64,000 bases of DNA from Selaginella moellendorffii (GCF_000143415.4 NW_003314318.1:248001-312000), one strand, 5' to 3'. Numbered from the stretch's first letter, positions 1 through 12,572 are shown. The notes: generated from the sequence alone by a model not told the origin. Numbers and translations are program-made.

Positions 1-748
1 CCCTAATCTGGTAGTATCCTGACCTTAGGTCAATCTTCAAGAAGTATTTTGCCTTTCCCAACCTATCGAACAGGTCCTCAATTCTTGGCAAAGGGTACTT
101 GTTCTTCTTTGTATACTTGTTGAGCAACCGGTAGTCTATGCACATGCACATAGAACCATCTTTCTTTTTCACAAATAACACCGGCGCCCCATACAACAAC
201 TTGCTCAACCTAACATACCCTTTGTCCACCAACTCCTCTAGTTGGCACCTGAGCTCCTTGAGTTCTTTTTCGTTCAAATGATAGGGGGGACGAACCACCG
301 CCTCAGCACCCTCGACCAGCTCAATCTTATGTTCTATCGGTCGTGCGGGGGGCAACCCCGCCGGTAGCTCCTCCGGCATGGTATCCTGGAATTGGTCCAA
401 CACCCGCTGGATCACCAAAGGTACTTCTTCCGTTCCTGTCTTTTTGTCACTCTTCACCGAGAGTAAGCACAAAAAGGCTGCCTTAATTCCTTTGGTGAGT
501 TGTCCTCTCATGGACACCAGGTTTAAGCAGGAATCTTTGGCCTTGCTTTGCCCTACCTTTAGATCCTAGGCCTCCACCCTAGATCTTCTTCCTTGGGCAT
601 TCGCCAGTACCACAAGGTTCCTATCTTGTCCATGCAGGGCTACCACGAATCGATTAAATCAATCCATTCCGAAGATCACGTTAAATCCCGCCATGTCCAA
701 CACGGTGAAATCCATGTCCACTTTCCATGTCCCTACTTCGACTCTCGC
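1..748 (-). pseudogene. pol: pol remnant of family A (protease C-terminus and RT N-terminus)
   Basis: [13 protein letters not shown] and RT motifs downstream of in-frame stops. Confidence 0.85.
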
Positions 749-2206
749 TTATCGAAGTACCTCATCGGTGCTTTGGCTACCTTGAACAAACTCTATAGTC
801 CTTGGTTTGCCTAGCCGCTGCACCGTTAGTCCGGCTTGCCGGACTATGTCTGCAGCCACAAAATTATCCGAAGCACCCGTGTCAATAAGGATCTTAACAA
901 AGTTACCTCCGAGCTTCCCTCGGAGGGCTAGTAGATGTCGCGAATGACTCTCTACCAAAGTTGCTCGTGTAATGAGTAACTTTGAGTTAGGGACTGGATC
1001 ACATACCTCATTTTGGACTTCACCCGACTTGATGGCCATATTGGCTCTGGCCTTCTTCGGGTAGGGACATTCCCTCGAAAAGTGTCCCGCTTCACCGCAG
1101 TTGTAGCATACGTTGTTTCCCACGCTGCTATATGACTTGACCTTCTTATCCGTGGGTTTGTCTCTTTTCGCTTGACTCCCCCACGTACTCGCTCGTTGGC
1201 CACCGGATTTGCCTTTCTGGAACCCCGAGGACTCATTCTTAGAGAAACTCTTCTTGAATTTCCCCCTGCTATATGTTCCCCTTGGTTTGGCCCCTTTGCT
1301 AAACGTGGATCCCGACCCCGTCGTGTTCCCCTTTCGCAGGTTATCGTTGAAATGCACCTTGATGGCCGCATCCAACGCTTCCTTGTAGTTGGTTGGGTTC
1401 CACCGCATCACTTCACCGCGAGCCCAGGTTTGCAAACCTGATATGAAGGCATGGAACGCATCCATATCCCCCATGTCCATGACCAGTATCTTCTTTGCCA
1501 TGAACCAATTCACATATTCTTGGATGGTTCCAGTCTGCTTCAACCTACTCAGCTCATCTCTCAGATGCAGAGTGGCATTCGGAGGAACGTATGTTGCGCG
1601 AATCCTCGCCTTCATCATGTCCCAAGTGGCCACCGGTCCTTCGTTGGCCTCCGTCGTTCTCCACCAAGACTTGGCATTATCTGCCAAGTATGGTTTTGCA
1701 CATGGGACCTTCTCCGAGCTCGGTAATCGCAACGCTCGGAAGTAGTCCTCCATATCGTAAAACCAATCCTCCACCACCTTATAGTCATTCACTCCCTTGA
1801 AGACCGGTGGGGGCTTTGGTTTGTACTTGGGAATTGCCTGAGGCACTGATTCTACTTCGGTCTGTTTGACCTTGTTTGGTTCTGCCTCAGTCCCTGCCGA
1901 AGGGTCCGCACCTTCTGCGCTGCCAGCATCCGCAGTCTTTCTCTTTTTCTTCCGCTTCTCGTCACGCTTTAGCTTGCGTACAAGAGTCTCCAGCAGGGCA
2001 TTGGTCTGTGCCAACTGTCCTTCTAGCACGTCCAATCGAGCCTTGGACGACTGAACCTCGCCACCGGACTCCTGTTTGGAAGTTTCCTCACTAGAGCCCT
2101 CCTCATGCAAGGATTCCTCATCCATAGCCTTTTGTTCGACCGGAGGCTCCAGCTCTGGTAGAGGTTCCGTCTCCGCCTGGGTTCGCTTACGCCCTGCCCT
2201 TGCCAT
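749..2206 (-). CDS. gag: gag-aspartic protease of family A, ending at a premature stop inside the protease
   Basis: Retrotransposon gag core, CCHC knuckle CYNCGEAGHFSRECP, protease motif ILIDTGASDNF. The frame continues past the stop (ARVEVGTWK..VIFGMD*). Confidence 0.9.
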   Translation of the reverse strand: MARAGRKRTQAETEPLPELEPPVEQKAMDEESLHEEGSSEETSKQESGGEVQSSKARLDVLEGQLAQTNALLETLVRKLKRDEKRKKKRKTADAGSAEGADPSAGTEAEPNKVKQTEVESVPQAIPKYKPKPPPVFKGVNDYKVVEDWFYDMEDYFRALRLPSSEKVPCAKPYLADNAKSWWRTTEANEGPVATWDMMKARIRATYVPPNATLHLRDELSRLKQTGTIQEYVNWFMAKKILVMDMGDMDAFHAFISGLQTWARGEVMRWNPTNYKEALDAAIKVHFNDNLRKGNTTGSGSTFSKGAKPRGTYSRGKFKKSFSKNESSGFQKGKSGGQRASTWGSQAKRDKPTDKKVKSYSSVGNNVCYNCGEAGHFSRECPYPKKARANMAIKSGEVQNEVCDPVPNSKLLITRATLVESHSRHLLALRGKLGGNFVKILIDTGASDNFVAADIVRQAGLTVQRLGKPRTIEFVQGSQSTDEVLR

Positions 2207-2249
2207 CTCCCAGCAATCCGCCTCTATCCTTCGCTAGAACTGAGGAAAA

Positions 2250-2262
2250 GGCTCCAATATCA
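2250..2262 (-). promoter_or_regulatory. Degenerate primer-binding site (tRNA-iMet)
   Basis: Minus strand reads CTTACA-ATT-TGATATTGGAGC versus canonical TGGTATCAGAGC. Confidence 0.75.
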
Positions 2263-2265
2263 AAT

Positions 2266-2699
2266 TGTAAGCCACAAATTTTTCCTTTCCAATTTGCCAG
2301 CTTACCTCATCTATCCGACCAACGCTGCCTTGGCTTGTGCTAAGTTCCCTTGCCAAGGTTCTCGCCTATTGTACCAGCTCCTACTTGGTCCTACTTGGTT
2401 TCAGCTGGACTCGATCTCGGACTCGATCTCGGACCTGATCTCAGACCCGATCTCGGACTCGACCTCGGACTCGGTCTCGGACCCGATTTCGGATCTCGGA
2501 CTCCGTCTCGAACTCGGTCTCGAACTCGGTCCCTGAGTCGGCCTCAGACTCGATTCCGGACTCTATCTTGAACTCGGTCTCCGAGTCGGTCTTGGACTCG
2601 ATCTTCGAATTTGGTCCCATCTGATGAACTCTTTGTCATTTTGGTCATTCTTTCGGGGTTCCTTTAGCCTATGACACCTCAGCGAGTTGGTTCCTTACA
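2266..2699 (-). repeat. 5' LTR of family A (434 bp) containing a 12-bp tandem array
   Basis: Termini TGTAAG...CTTACA. (CTCGGACTCGAT)-like units at ~2407-2610. Reverse complement matches the LTR starting at 63419. Confidence 0.92.
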
Positions 2700-5600
2700 C
2701 ACTCTACACCCTTGTGACATAGGCATACCAAAGAGACAGCAAATAACCATCCCAATCCAAATGCTGAAAGTTCACATACTTCGCAATCATCCCTTTGAAT
2801 GTCCGAATGAGCTGTTCCACCATACCGTCTGATTGTGGATGATAAGCACTCGTGAAAGTGTGGCATATCCCCAACCGAGACGTCAAAACATGAAATGCCT
2901 CAGCTATAAATGCAGGACCATTATCCGAAAGAATCCGCTCTGGACAAGAATGCTGGAACACCACTCGATTGAGGAGGAAGTATCCAACAGTAGTTGCAGA
3001 GGCGTTAGCAAGAGCACCAACTTCCACCCAATGAGTCAAGTAGTCAGAAGCAATAATAACATACTCATTGCCAGCAGTCAACCGTGGAAAAGGTCCCATA
3101 AGATCAAGCGCCACCAACTCAAACGGATGGGAAACTGCAATTGACTCCAACCGTCCTTCCGCAGCACAAGGGGGAGTATTACGAGCTTGGCACCAGATGC
3201 AACTACACACATACTGGATAACATCACGTTGCATCTCTGGCCAATAGAAAGACCTACGCAGCTTCTCAGTCACACGACGATGTCCCATATGCCAACCTAG
3301 AATATGAGAATCATGGTAGGCATGGAGAAATTGCGGAATAAAGACAAAAGGCACCACCAGCTGTAAATAATCATTAGGATCCGTCCCCACAAAATAAAGA
3401 AGGCCATCTTCAAGGTGATATTGAGAATGTAAATGCCGGAAAGGCAAGTCATCAGCAAGTGATGCAGGATTCTCAAACGCATCTCGAAGCCTTTGAATCC
3501 ACAGCTCAATTTTTTGAGCCTCGCGAACCTCATCAAGAGAAGGTAGATCTTGCTCTGCTCCTTGTGGACACTGAACGTCAAGTACAGCAACCGCCAACGG
3601 CATAGAATCCTCGCCTAGAAAATCCACAAATGCTGGAAAAATAGGCTCATCAGAAATATAGGAAGAGAGTGGAGAAGGAAGAGGAGCTCGAGAAAGGGCA
3701 TCAGCATTAGCCAAACAACTCCCTGGGCAATGAACAACATCAAAATCATATATCTGAAGCTTCAAAACTCACCGAGCAGTACGATTAACCAGGTTCTTCC
3801 ACTTCAATAATGAAGAAACAACAGTATGGTCACCTTCAAGTAACGTCCGAGAACCATGTAGATATGCATAAAGTTTCTCGAAACCCCAAACTATCGCTAA
3901 ACACTCCTTCTTAATTGTGGAGTAGTTCAACTCTGATAGTTGTAACGTACGGTTTATATATGCAATGGGATGACGCTAACCAGGCACACTCAGGCTTTCT
4001 TGCATTAACACACCTCCAAAACTAATATCAGAAGCATCTACACACAAAATAAAAGGTCGAGTGTAGTCAGGATATGCCAAAACCAAAGGAGTTGTTAACA
4101 GTTATTTGAGTTCCACAAACGCCCGCTCACAATCTGAAGACCAAATGAAAGATGATGTTGATGACTTCAGCAACGCTTGCAATGGTGCAAAGCGATCAAA
4201 AAGATGATCCACAGAAAGACCGAGATACTACACCTTGCTCAGGAAGCGTTGCACATCATTAACACACTTCGGAGTAGGGAACTTTAGAACGGCTACAAGT
4301 TTGTCATGATCAACTTGCAAACCCTCACGAGAAATATGGTACCCAAGATAGGTTGTGTCCTTGGACCCAAACACACACTTCGACCGCTTCAGCTTTAAAC
4401 CAACATCTTGTAGCCGATCCAACACTTTACACACATCATGAATGTGCTCCTCCCATGTCCCCTCCGAGTGAATCAAGACATTATCAATGAAGTCAGTAGT
4501 CACCTCTGGCATATCACAAAGAACCTCATCCATCATCCGCCAGAAAGTTGCTAGAGCATTGTTCAAACTAAACGGCATCACTAAGAACTCGTACAAACCA
4601 AACGGTGTACGAAAAGTAGTCTTAGGAATATCTTCTTCGGCCATCAGTACTTGCCAGTACCCAGAAGCAAGATCTAGCTTGGTGAACCAACGACTTCGCC
4701 CCAAACGATCCAAAAGATCAACAGTGTGAGGAAGAGGGTACATATCCGGGATCGTCACTTCATTTAATGGACGATAGTCAATGCAGAAATGAATACTCCC
4801 ATCAGGCTTCGTCACAAGATGAGGTTCACATGCCCAAGGACTTCGCAACTTCCGAAAAACACCCTTCTCCAACATCTCCTTGATGTTTGCACGTAAAATC
4901 TTGATTTTCTTGGGTGACCGACGACGAACAAAAACCTTGATTAAACGAGCATCCCCGGTTGGAATGGGATGACGTGTGGCAATCTTGGCCCCAGAGGATA
5001 GGTCAAATTCAAAGAGATCACAATACTCCTTCATGAGCTGGTTAACAGTTGCAACACAAAAATCGTCAAAGGGATCGAAAAAGGGAAGAGCAAAACAAGA
5101 TGGAAACACAGGAGGTAATAATAGGGGAACAAAAGTAATGGAAGCAGAGGTAGAAGTAGAGGGATGAAGAGGTACGGAAGTGAGAGGAATGGATAAAACA
5201 TAAGGAAGTATGAGACAAGGGGGAGAAGCCTCAAAGTCACACTTGGCATGATTGCACTGCAACCAATCCATACCAAGAATAAGGTCAAAAGTTTGACTCG
5301 GCACCACTTGCAACGACTGCAACTCAAGCTCGAGATTGCCCACATGCACAACCAGGTCCACCTCATCTCGTGCACATGCATGTGTACGGCCGTTGCCATA
5401 AAGAATGAAAACTAGGTCCATTGCATGACACAAGTGTAGACGACAACGTGTGGCAACAAGTCGAGAAATAGAAGATAAACTCGAACCTGTATCAACCAAC
5501 ACGAAGAGAATAATAGGAGACCTCTTGTTATAAAAACGAGCTTGGAAAGTAAACACTGGATGAACCGGTGCCGCATGAACCTCTTGATGATACTCCCGAA

Positions 5601-6578
5601 AGAAAGATGGAGGGGTCACTAACTTATTTGCACAAGGTCCCTCCATTACTCATGTGACTCCTCGTTTCCCTAATGCACTGTGGTGTCCAAACCTTCCACT
5701 GCAACAGCACCAACGGGACATTGCTGACGCCAAGGTCTTCACCCAGGAAATGGAGGTTGCCAATCCGGGAAACGCAAACAACACCGATAAGTATGACCAA
5801 CTTCATCACACGCCCAACAACGAACATCACGGCCTCGACCACATCTTTACCCTTGTCTTTGGACTCGAGTAGCAGCAGCATCAACCTCCATTGGAACAGG
5901 ACCATCACTCATAGGAAGTGGAGTTGAAGGACGTGCAACGAAAAGTGGAAAAGGTGACGTCTCATAATGTTGTGCCAAGCAAAGAGCATCGTCAAGGGTG
6001 GCAGGAGCAAGTGCATGCACAAGTCCGACAAGATCTTGACGAAGTGTTGGCCACAACATTCCTAGCTTGATCCGCTCTGACATATTAGACTCTGCACAAA
6101 GCAAAAGACTTCGGAAACGAACGCCAAATTGCATCACCGACTCAAATGGCCCTTGGCGAAGACGATGCAATTGTTCGAAGGCATCATCACAATCGTCGGC
6201 ATGTCCGAAGGCGCATTTGAAGACGTCCGGAAGAACACTCCAATCCTCACGAGTGGCCGCGCTCAATCCATTATACCACTGCAATGCCGTCCCTTGGAGA
6301 CACGTGGGAAACTCATGCAAACATCGAACATCATCCCAAAAATGATATGTGGCAATCACTATGAAGTAATCAAACTAATAGTACACATCATCCCCAAGAT
6401 TCCCACGAAAGAACTCCGACCAAACGCAAGGATTGGCACCAAGAGCTAAATCTAAACCAAAATCCTAAAAAGGAAGAACAAAAGAAAGGAAATGGAAAAA
6501 ACTAAATCTAGATGATGCAAAAGCTAGATATAAACCAAAATCTCAAATCTAAACACCCTTTAGGGACAATCAAAGGTG

Positions 6579-6594
6579 CCCCTCATCTCCACCA
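6579..6594 (-). promoter_or_regulatory. PBS complementary to tRNA-Ala
   Basis: Minus strand TGGTGGAGATGAGGGG versus the complement of the tRNA-Ala 3' end (TGGTGGAGATGCGGGG, recalled). A degenerate copy lies at ~11412-11427. Confidence 0.75.
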
Positions 6595-6595
6595 A

Positions 6596-6770
6596 TGTGA
6601 GTGCATGAAATATGGAAAGGGAATATAAAAATGTGCATATTAATTAGCCCAAAAACCCTAGCTTATATATAGGAGCGAGTGGTCCGGATTGAAACCAATT
6701 CGACGGCTACCAAAATCCCACTACGCTAATATTAGTATATGGCATCGTAGCCGTACACTTAGCCCTCACA
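6596..6770 (-). repeat. Family B LTR shared by both copies
   Basis: TGTGAG...CTCACA; PBS of copy 1 on the left and PPT of copy 2 on the right. Confidence 0.92.
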
Positions 6771-9700
6771 TCATCCCCTCCTCTCGGAATAATGGAAGGC
6801 CGTTAGGGTTCTCTGGTAGACGGGCTGGGATCTGGAGGAACATTAGGAGGAGGCATCGGCGGATCTATAGATGGTATTAACTGCTCCTGATCCCTTTGTA
6901 TGAAGCGTTTCAACTGCTGCACATGCACAACCTCCGGAGGATTGGCCTACTAGACGTCATGCCAAACCTCATAAACTTGCAGTCCAAATTGCCGCAACAC
7001 CCGATATGATCCTTTCCACTGCGCAAGGAGCCCCTTAGATAAACCACATACCGTAAAATGGGGAAAACAGACTAACACCAAATCATCCACTTTGTACTTT
7101 GTAGGTGGACGATGATGGGAGTTGTAACGCCGTTGTTGTCCCACTTGTATGCAGCCTAAGTGTTCGGCAGATTTTGCTCGGACAAGTGGAAGAATGCTTG
7201 TCAAATATTGATCCCACGACCTAGCAACGGGAGCTCGTGGCAATCGTGAAGGTAAACCCAGCTCCGTTGGTAATATTGGATCATGACCATATAGAAGTTT
7301 ATATGGTGAAGCACCAACAACACTCTACACCCCTGTGACATAGGCATACCAAAGAGACAGCAAATAACCATCCCAATCCAAATGCTGAAAGTTCACATAC
7401 TTCGCAATCATCCCTTTGAATGTCCGAATGAGCCGTTCCACCATACCGTCTGATTGTGGATGATAAGCACTCGTGAAAGTGTGGCATATCCCCAACCGAG
7501 ACGTCAAAACATGAAATGCCTCAGCTATAAATGCAGGACCATTATTCGAAAGAATCCGCTCTAGACAAGAATGCTGGAACACCACTCGATTGAGGAGGAA
7601 GTATCCAACAGCAGTTGCAGAGGCGTTAGCAAGAGCACCAACTTCCACCCAATGAGTCAAGTAGTCAGAAGCAATAATAACATACTCACTGCCAGCAGTC
7701 GACCGTGGAAAAGGTCCCATAAGATCAAACGCCACCAACTCAAACAGACGGGAAACTGCAATTGACTCCAACCGTCCTTCCACAATACAAGGGGGAGTAT
7801 TACGAGCTTGGCACCAAACATAGCTACGCACATACTAGATAATATCACGTTGCATCTCCGGCTAATAGAAAGACCTGCACAGCTTCTCGGTCACACGATG
7901 ATGTCCCATATGCCCACCTAGAACATGAGAATCATGGTAGGCATGGAAAAACCGCGGAATAAAGACAAAAGGCACCACCAGCCGTAAATGATCATCAGGA
8001 TCCGTCCCCACAAAATAAAGAAGGCCATTTTCAAGGTGATATTGAGAATGTAAATGCCGGAAAGGCAAGTCATCAGCAAGTGATGCAGGATTTTCAAACG
8101 CATCTCGAAGCCTTCGAATCCACGGCTCAATCTTTTGAGCCTCGCGAACCTCATCAAGAGAAGGTAGATCTTGCTCTGCGCCTTGTGGACACTGAACGTC
8201 AAGTATAGCAACCGCCAACGGCACAGAATCCTTGTTTTGAAAATCCACAGATGCTAGAATAACAAGCTCATCAGAAATATGAGAAGAGAGTGGAGAAGGA
8301 AGAGGAGCTCGAGAAAGAGCATCAGCATCAGCCATAGAACTCCCTGGGCGATGAATAACATCAAAATCATATATCTGAAGTTTCAAAGCCCACCAAGCAA
8401 TACGACTAACCAAGTTTTTCCGTTTCTATAATGAAGTAACGGCAGCATGGTCACCTTCAAGTAATGTCCGAGAACCATGTAGATATGCATGAAGTTTCTC
8501 AAAACCCTAAACTGCCGCTAAACACTCATTCTCTGTCGTGGAGTAGTTCACCTCTGCTAGTTGTAACATATGGCTTATATATGCAATGGGATGACATTGA
8601 CTAGGCACACTCGGGTTTTCTTGCATTAACACACCTCCAAGACCAATATCAGAAGCATCTACGCACAAAATAAAAGGTCGAGTGTAGTCAGGATATGCCA
8701 AAACTGGAGGAGTCGTCAACAGCTCTTTGAGATCCACAAATGCCCACTCACAATCTAAAGACCAGATGAAAGATGACGTTGATGACTTAAACAATGCTCG
8801 CAACGGTGCAGTGCGATCAGAAAGATGATCCACAAAACGACCGAGATACTGCATCTTGCCTAGGAAGCGCTGCACATCATTCACACACTTCGGAGTAGGG
8901 AACTTTAGAATGGCTACAAGTTTGTCAGGATCAACTTGCAAACCCTCACGAAAAATATGGTACCCAAGATAAGTTCTGTCCTTGGACCCAAATATGCACT
9001 TCGACCGCTTCAACTTTAAACCAACGTCCCATAGCCAATCCAACACTTTGCACACATCACGAATGTGCTCCTCCCATGTCCCCTCTGAATGAATCAAGAC
9101 ATCATCAATGAAGTCAGTAGTCACTTTTGGCATATCATAAAGAACCTCGTCCATCATCTGCTGGAAAGTTGCTAGAGCATTGTTCAAACCAAATGGCATC
9201 ACCAAAAACTCGTACAAACCAAACGGTGTACGAAAAACAGTCTTAGGAACATCTTTTTCAGCCATTGGTACTTGCCAGTACCAAACAAGATCTAGCTTGG
9301 TGAACCAACGACTTCACCCCAAACGATCCAAAAGATCAACAGTGTGAGGAAGAGGGTACACATCCGGGATCGTCACTTCATTTAACGGACGATAGTCGAT
9401 GCAGAAACAAATGCTCCCATCAGGCTTCGTCACAAGATGAGGTTCACATGCCCAAGGACTTCGCAACTTCCGAATAACACCCTTCTCCAACATCTCCTTG
9501 ACGTTTGCACGTAAAATCCTGATCTCCTTGGGTGACCGACAATGAACAGAAACCTTGATTGGACGAGCATCCCCGGTTGGAATGGGATGACGTGTGGCAA
9601 TCTTGGCCCCAGAGGATAGGTCAAATTCAAAGAGATCACAATACTCCTTCATGAGCCGGTTAACAACTGCAACACAAAGATCGTTGGAGGGATCGAAAAA

Positions 9701-11428
9701 GGGAAGAGCAAAACAAGATGGAAACACAGGAGGAAATAGTAGGGGAACAAAAGTAATAGAAGCAGAGGTAAAAGTAAAGGGACGAAGAAGTATGGAAGTG
9801 AGAGGAATGGATAAAACATAAAGAAGTATGAGACAAGGGGGAGAAGCCTCAAAGTCACACTTGGCATGATTGTGCTGCAACCAATCCATACCAAGAATAA
9901 AGTCAAAAGTTTGACTCGGCACCACCCGCAACGACTGCAACTCAAGCTCAAGATCGCCCACACGCACAACCAAGTCCACCTCATCTCGTGCACATGCATG
10001 TGTACGGCCGTTGCCATAAAGAATGAAAACTAGGTCTACCGCATGACGCAAGTGTAGATGAAAATGTGTGGCAACAGGTCGAGCAATAGAAGATAAACTC
10101 GAACCTGTATCAACCACCACAGCGAGAATAATAAGAGACCTCTTGTTATAAAAACAAGTTTGGAAAGTAAACACTAGATGAACTGGTGCCGAGTGAACCC
10201 TTTGATGATACTCCCGAAAGAAAGATGGGGGGGTCACTAACTTATTCGCGCAAGGTCGCTCTGTTACTCGTGCGACTCCTCATTTTCCAGATACACCGTA
10301 GTGTCCAAACCTTCCACTGCAACAGCACCAACGGGACGTTGTTGATGCCAAGGTCTCCACCCAGGAAATGGAGGTTGCCAATCCGGAAAACGCCAACAAC
10401 ACTGATAAGTATGACCAACTTCATCACACGCCCAGCAACGAACATCACGGCCTCGACCACATCTTTACCCTTGTCTTTGGACTTGAGTAGCAGCAGCATC
10501 AACCTCCATTGGAACAGGACCATCACTCATAGGAAGTGGAGTTGAAGGACGTGCAACGAAAAGTGGAAAAGGTGACGTCTCATAATGTTGTGCCAAGCAA
10601 AGAGCATCGTCAAGGGTGGCAGGAGCAAGTGCATGCACAAGTCCGACAAGATCTTGACGAAGTGTTGGCCACAACATTCCTAGCTTGATCCGCTCCGACA
10701 TATTAGACTCCGCATGATGCAAAAGACTTCGGAAACAAACGCCAAATTGCATTACTGACTCAGATGGCCCTTGGCGAAGACGATGCAATTGTTGGAAGGC
10801 ATCATCACAATTGTTGGCATGTCCGAAGGCGCATTTGAAAACGTCCGGAAGAACACTCCAATCCCCACGAGTGGCCGCGCTCAATCCATTATACCACTGC
10901 AATGCCATCCCTTGGAGACACGTAGGAAACTCATGCAAACATTGAGCATCATCCCAAGAATGATATGTGGCAATCACTATGGAGTAATCAAACCAATGGT
11001 ACATATCATCCCTAGGATTCCCACAAAAGAACTCCGGCCAAATACAAAGATTGGCACAAAGAGTAGGAAGAGTTGGACCACGTGCCGTAAATGCCGCCAT
11101 CAATTGAGTTTGATTGTTCAATTGCAAGTATATAGCATTAAGCAATTGGACCAACTACTACTCTAGAGTCAAAGGAGGAGATTGCTAATTTGCCATGAAG
11201 ATGAATGAAAAAGAAAAAGCAAAAGAAAAAAAATGACAAAAAGCCAGAAGGAAATGATAAATCTAGACAATGCAAAAAGCTAGATCTGAACCAAAATCCT
11301 AAAAAGGAAGAACAAAAGAAAGGAAATGGAAAAAATTAGATCTAGACAATGCAAAAGCTAGATCTAACCAAAATCCCAAATCTAAACACTCTTCAGGGAC
11401 AATCAAAAGTGCCCTTTATCTCCACTAA

Positions 11429-11603
11429 TGTGAGTGCATGGAATATAAAAAGGCAATATAGAAATGTGCATATCAATTAGCCCAAAAACTCTAGCTTATA
11501 TACAAGAGCGAGTGGTCCAGATTGAAACAAATCCGACAGCTACCAAAATCCCACTATGCTAATATTAGTATACGGCATCGTAGCTGTATACTTGGCCCTT
11601 ACA
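11429..11603 (-). repeat. 5' LTR of family B copy 2
   Basis: TGTGAG...CTTACA, 175 bp, colinear with 6596-6770. Confidence 0.92.
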
Positions 11604-11900
11604 GCATTTGTTTAGTTTTTTTTTTGTTTTCCTAAATTGTTGAATACACCCAAATATATACCCACTTGGATCATTATTTTTATTTTTACATATGTAATGA
11701 AATTAATTACCCAATTTCATTGGATAATACTTGTTAAAACTCATCCTTTCATAAGATGCTCTTCCACCCAGATGCAGTAGAGTTAAAGTGGAGCTAAAAA
11801 AACCTTTGGGTCTGTATATCTAAAAAGAAGAACAAGCAATAAACACTCCTCCATTTCTCACCTACCTAAGACATTACATTTAAACTTATATGATTAGGAC

Positions 11901-12480
11901 CCCCGCAACAAACTTGCAAACTTAATTGCAGAATCTCATGCTTCTTGTTAGGCACCGCAAGACTGGCAAAACAGAATGTAAATAGATAAACAAAGCAAAA
12001 CGAATGAAACTGAGAGCTGCATTGGGAATTCACAAAGTTCAGTAGCAAATCCTTGACTCAAATTCATCAAACCACATGTACTGTTCATGAGCATGATTTT
12101 CAAAGTCTTGTGACGTGAACTGAACTCACGGGTGGTCTTCCAAGAAACATATTTAAGTATTAAACAAAATATACATTTTTGTTCTGTTTTTCTTTTTCTT
12201 AAATTGTTAAAACACTTATCTAAAACAGTACTTATACGATTGCGATGGAAAACACCCACAACAAGCTTGCAAACTTAATTGCAGAGTTTCATGGCACCAC
12301 AAGACTGCCAAAACAGAATATAGGATAGACAAAGCAAAACGAATGAAACTGAACAAAGTTCAGCAGCAAATCCTTGACTCAAATTCATCAAACCACATGT
12401 ACTGTTCATGAGCATGATTTTCAAAGTCTTGTGGCGCGAAGGAAATTTCTCACTTACCGAACTCACGGGTGGTGTTCAAC
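11901..12480 (+). repeat. Direct duplication (~230 bp units) in the thaumatin-like gene promoter
   Basis: 11901-12141 and 12255-12480 share long identical stretches (e.g. CAAATCCTTGACTCAAATTCATCAAACCACATGTACTGTTCATGAGCATGATTTTCAAAGTCTTGTG). TATA-like TATATAAA at ~12513. Confidence 0.9.
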
Positions 12481-12572
12481 GTTGTGTGGTCCACAACCTC
12501 TTTCCCCTGGACTATATAAATCCGTGTAGAAACTTGAAATATTATTAGAGAGGTATAGCATACACAGTTCCA

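Larger units (their letters stand above)
1..2699 (-). mobile_element. Ty3/gypsy LTR retrotransposon, chromovirus-type RT (family A); 5' part only, continues left of the window
   Basis: 5' LTR 2266-2699, degenerate tRNA-iMet PBS, gag-protease ORF, then RT motifs on the minus strand ([50 protein letters not shown]). It interrupts the integrase of family B at 2699/2700 (uninterrupted site visible at ~7311-7340). Confidence 0.95.
2700..6770 (-). mobile_element. Ty3/gypsy element family B, copy 1; degenerate gag-PR-RT-RH-INT, interrupted by family A
   Basis: ORF pieces 5847-6359 (gag), 4228-5646 (VDTGS protease, RT) and 2704-3765 (HHCC and DDE integrase), with stops and frameshifts. LTR 6596-6770. 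Confidence 0.93.
6596..11603 (-). mobile_element. Ty3/gypsy element family B, copy 2; full length but degenerate
   Basis: LTRs 6596-6770 and 11429-11603 (175 bp each), PPT 6771-6787, gag 10465-11154, PR/RT 9314-10237, RT/RH 8507-9265 (FIDD; CVDASDIGLGGVL), INT 7325-8413, GPY/F tail 6950-7243. Confidence 0.95.

Noticed and set aside
749-751. Programmed gag-pol readthrough in family A
   Set aside because: The stop lies inside the protease and another in-frame stop follows, so mutational decay is more likely.
2407-2610. CRISPR-like arrays or Ser/Asp/Glu-repeat proteins (also 43521-43887, 63470-63773)
   Set aside because: These are spacer-less 12-bp tandem units inside LTRs; the ORFs are by-products of the periodicity.
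2615-2665. Hammerhead ribozyme / retrozyme in LTRs (CTGATGA at 2621 and ~41072; GAAA hairpin at ~63792)
   Set aside because: I found no CUGANGA-stem II-GAAA-stem III-NUH arrangement. An Infernal scan would be definitive.
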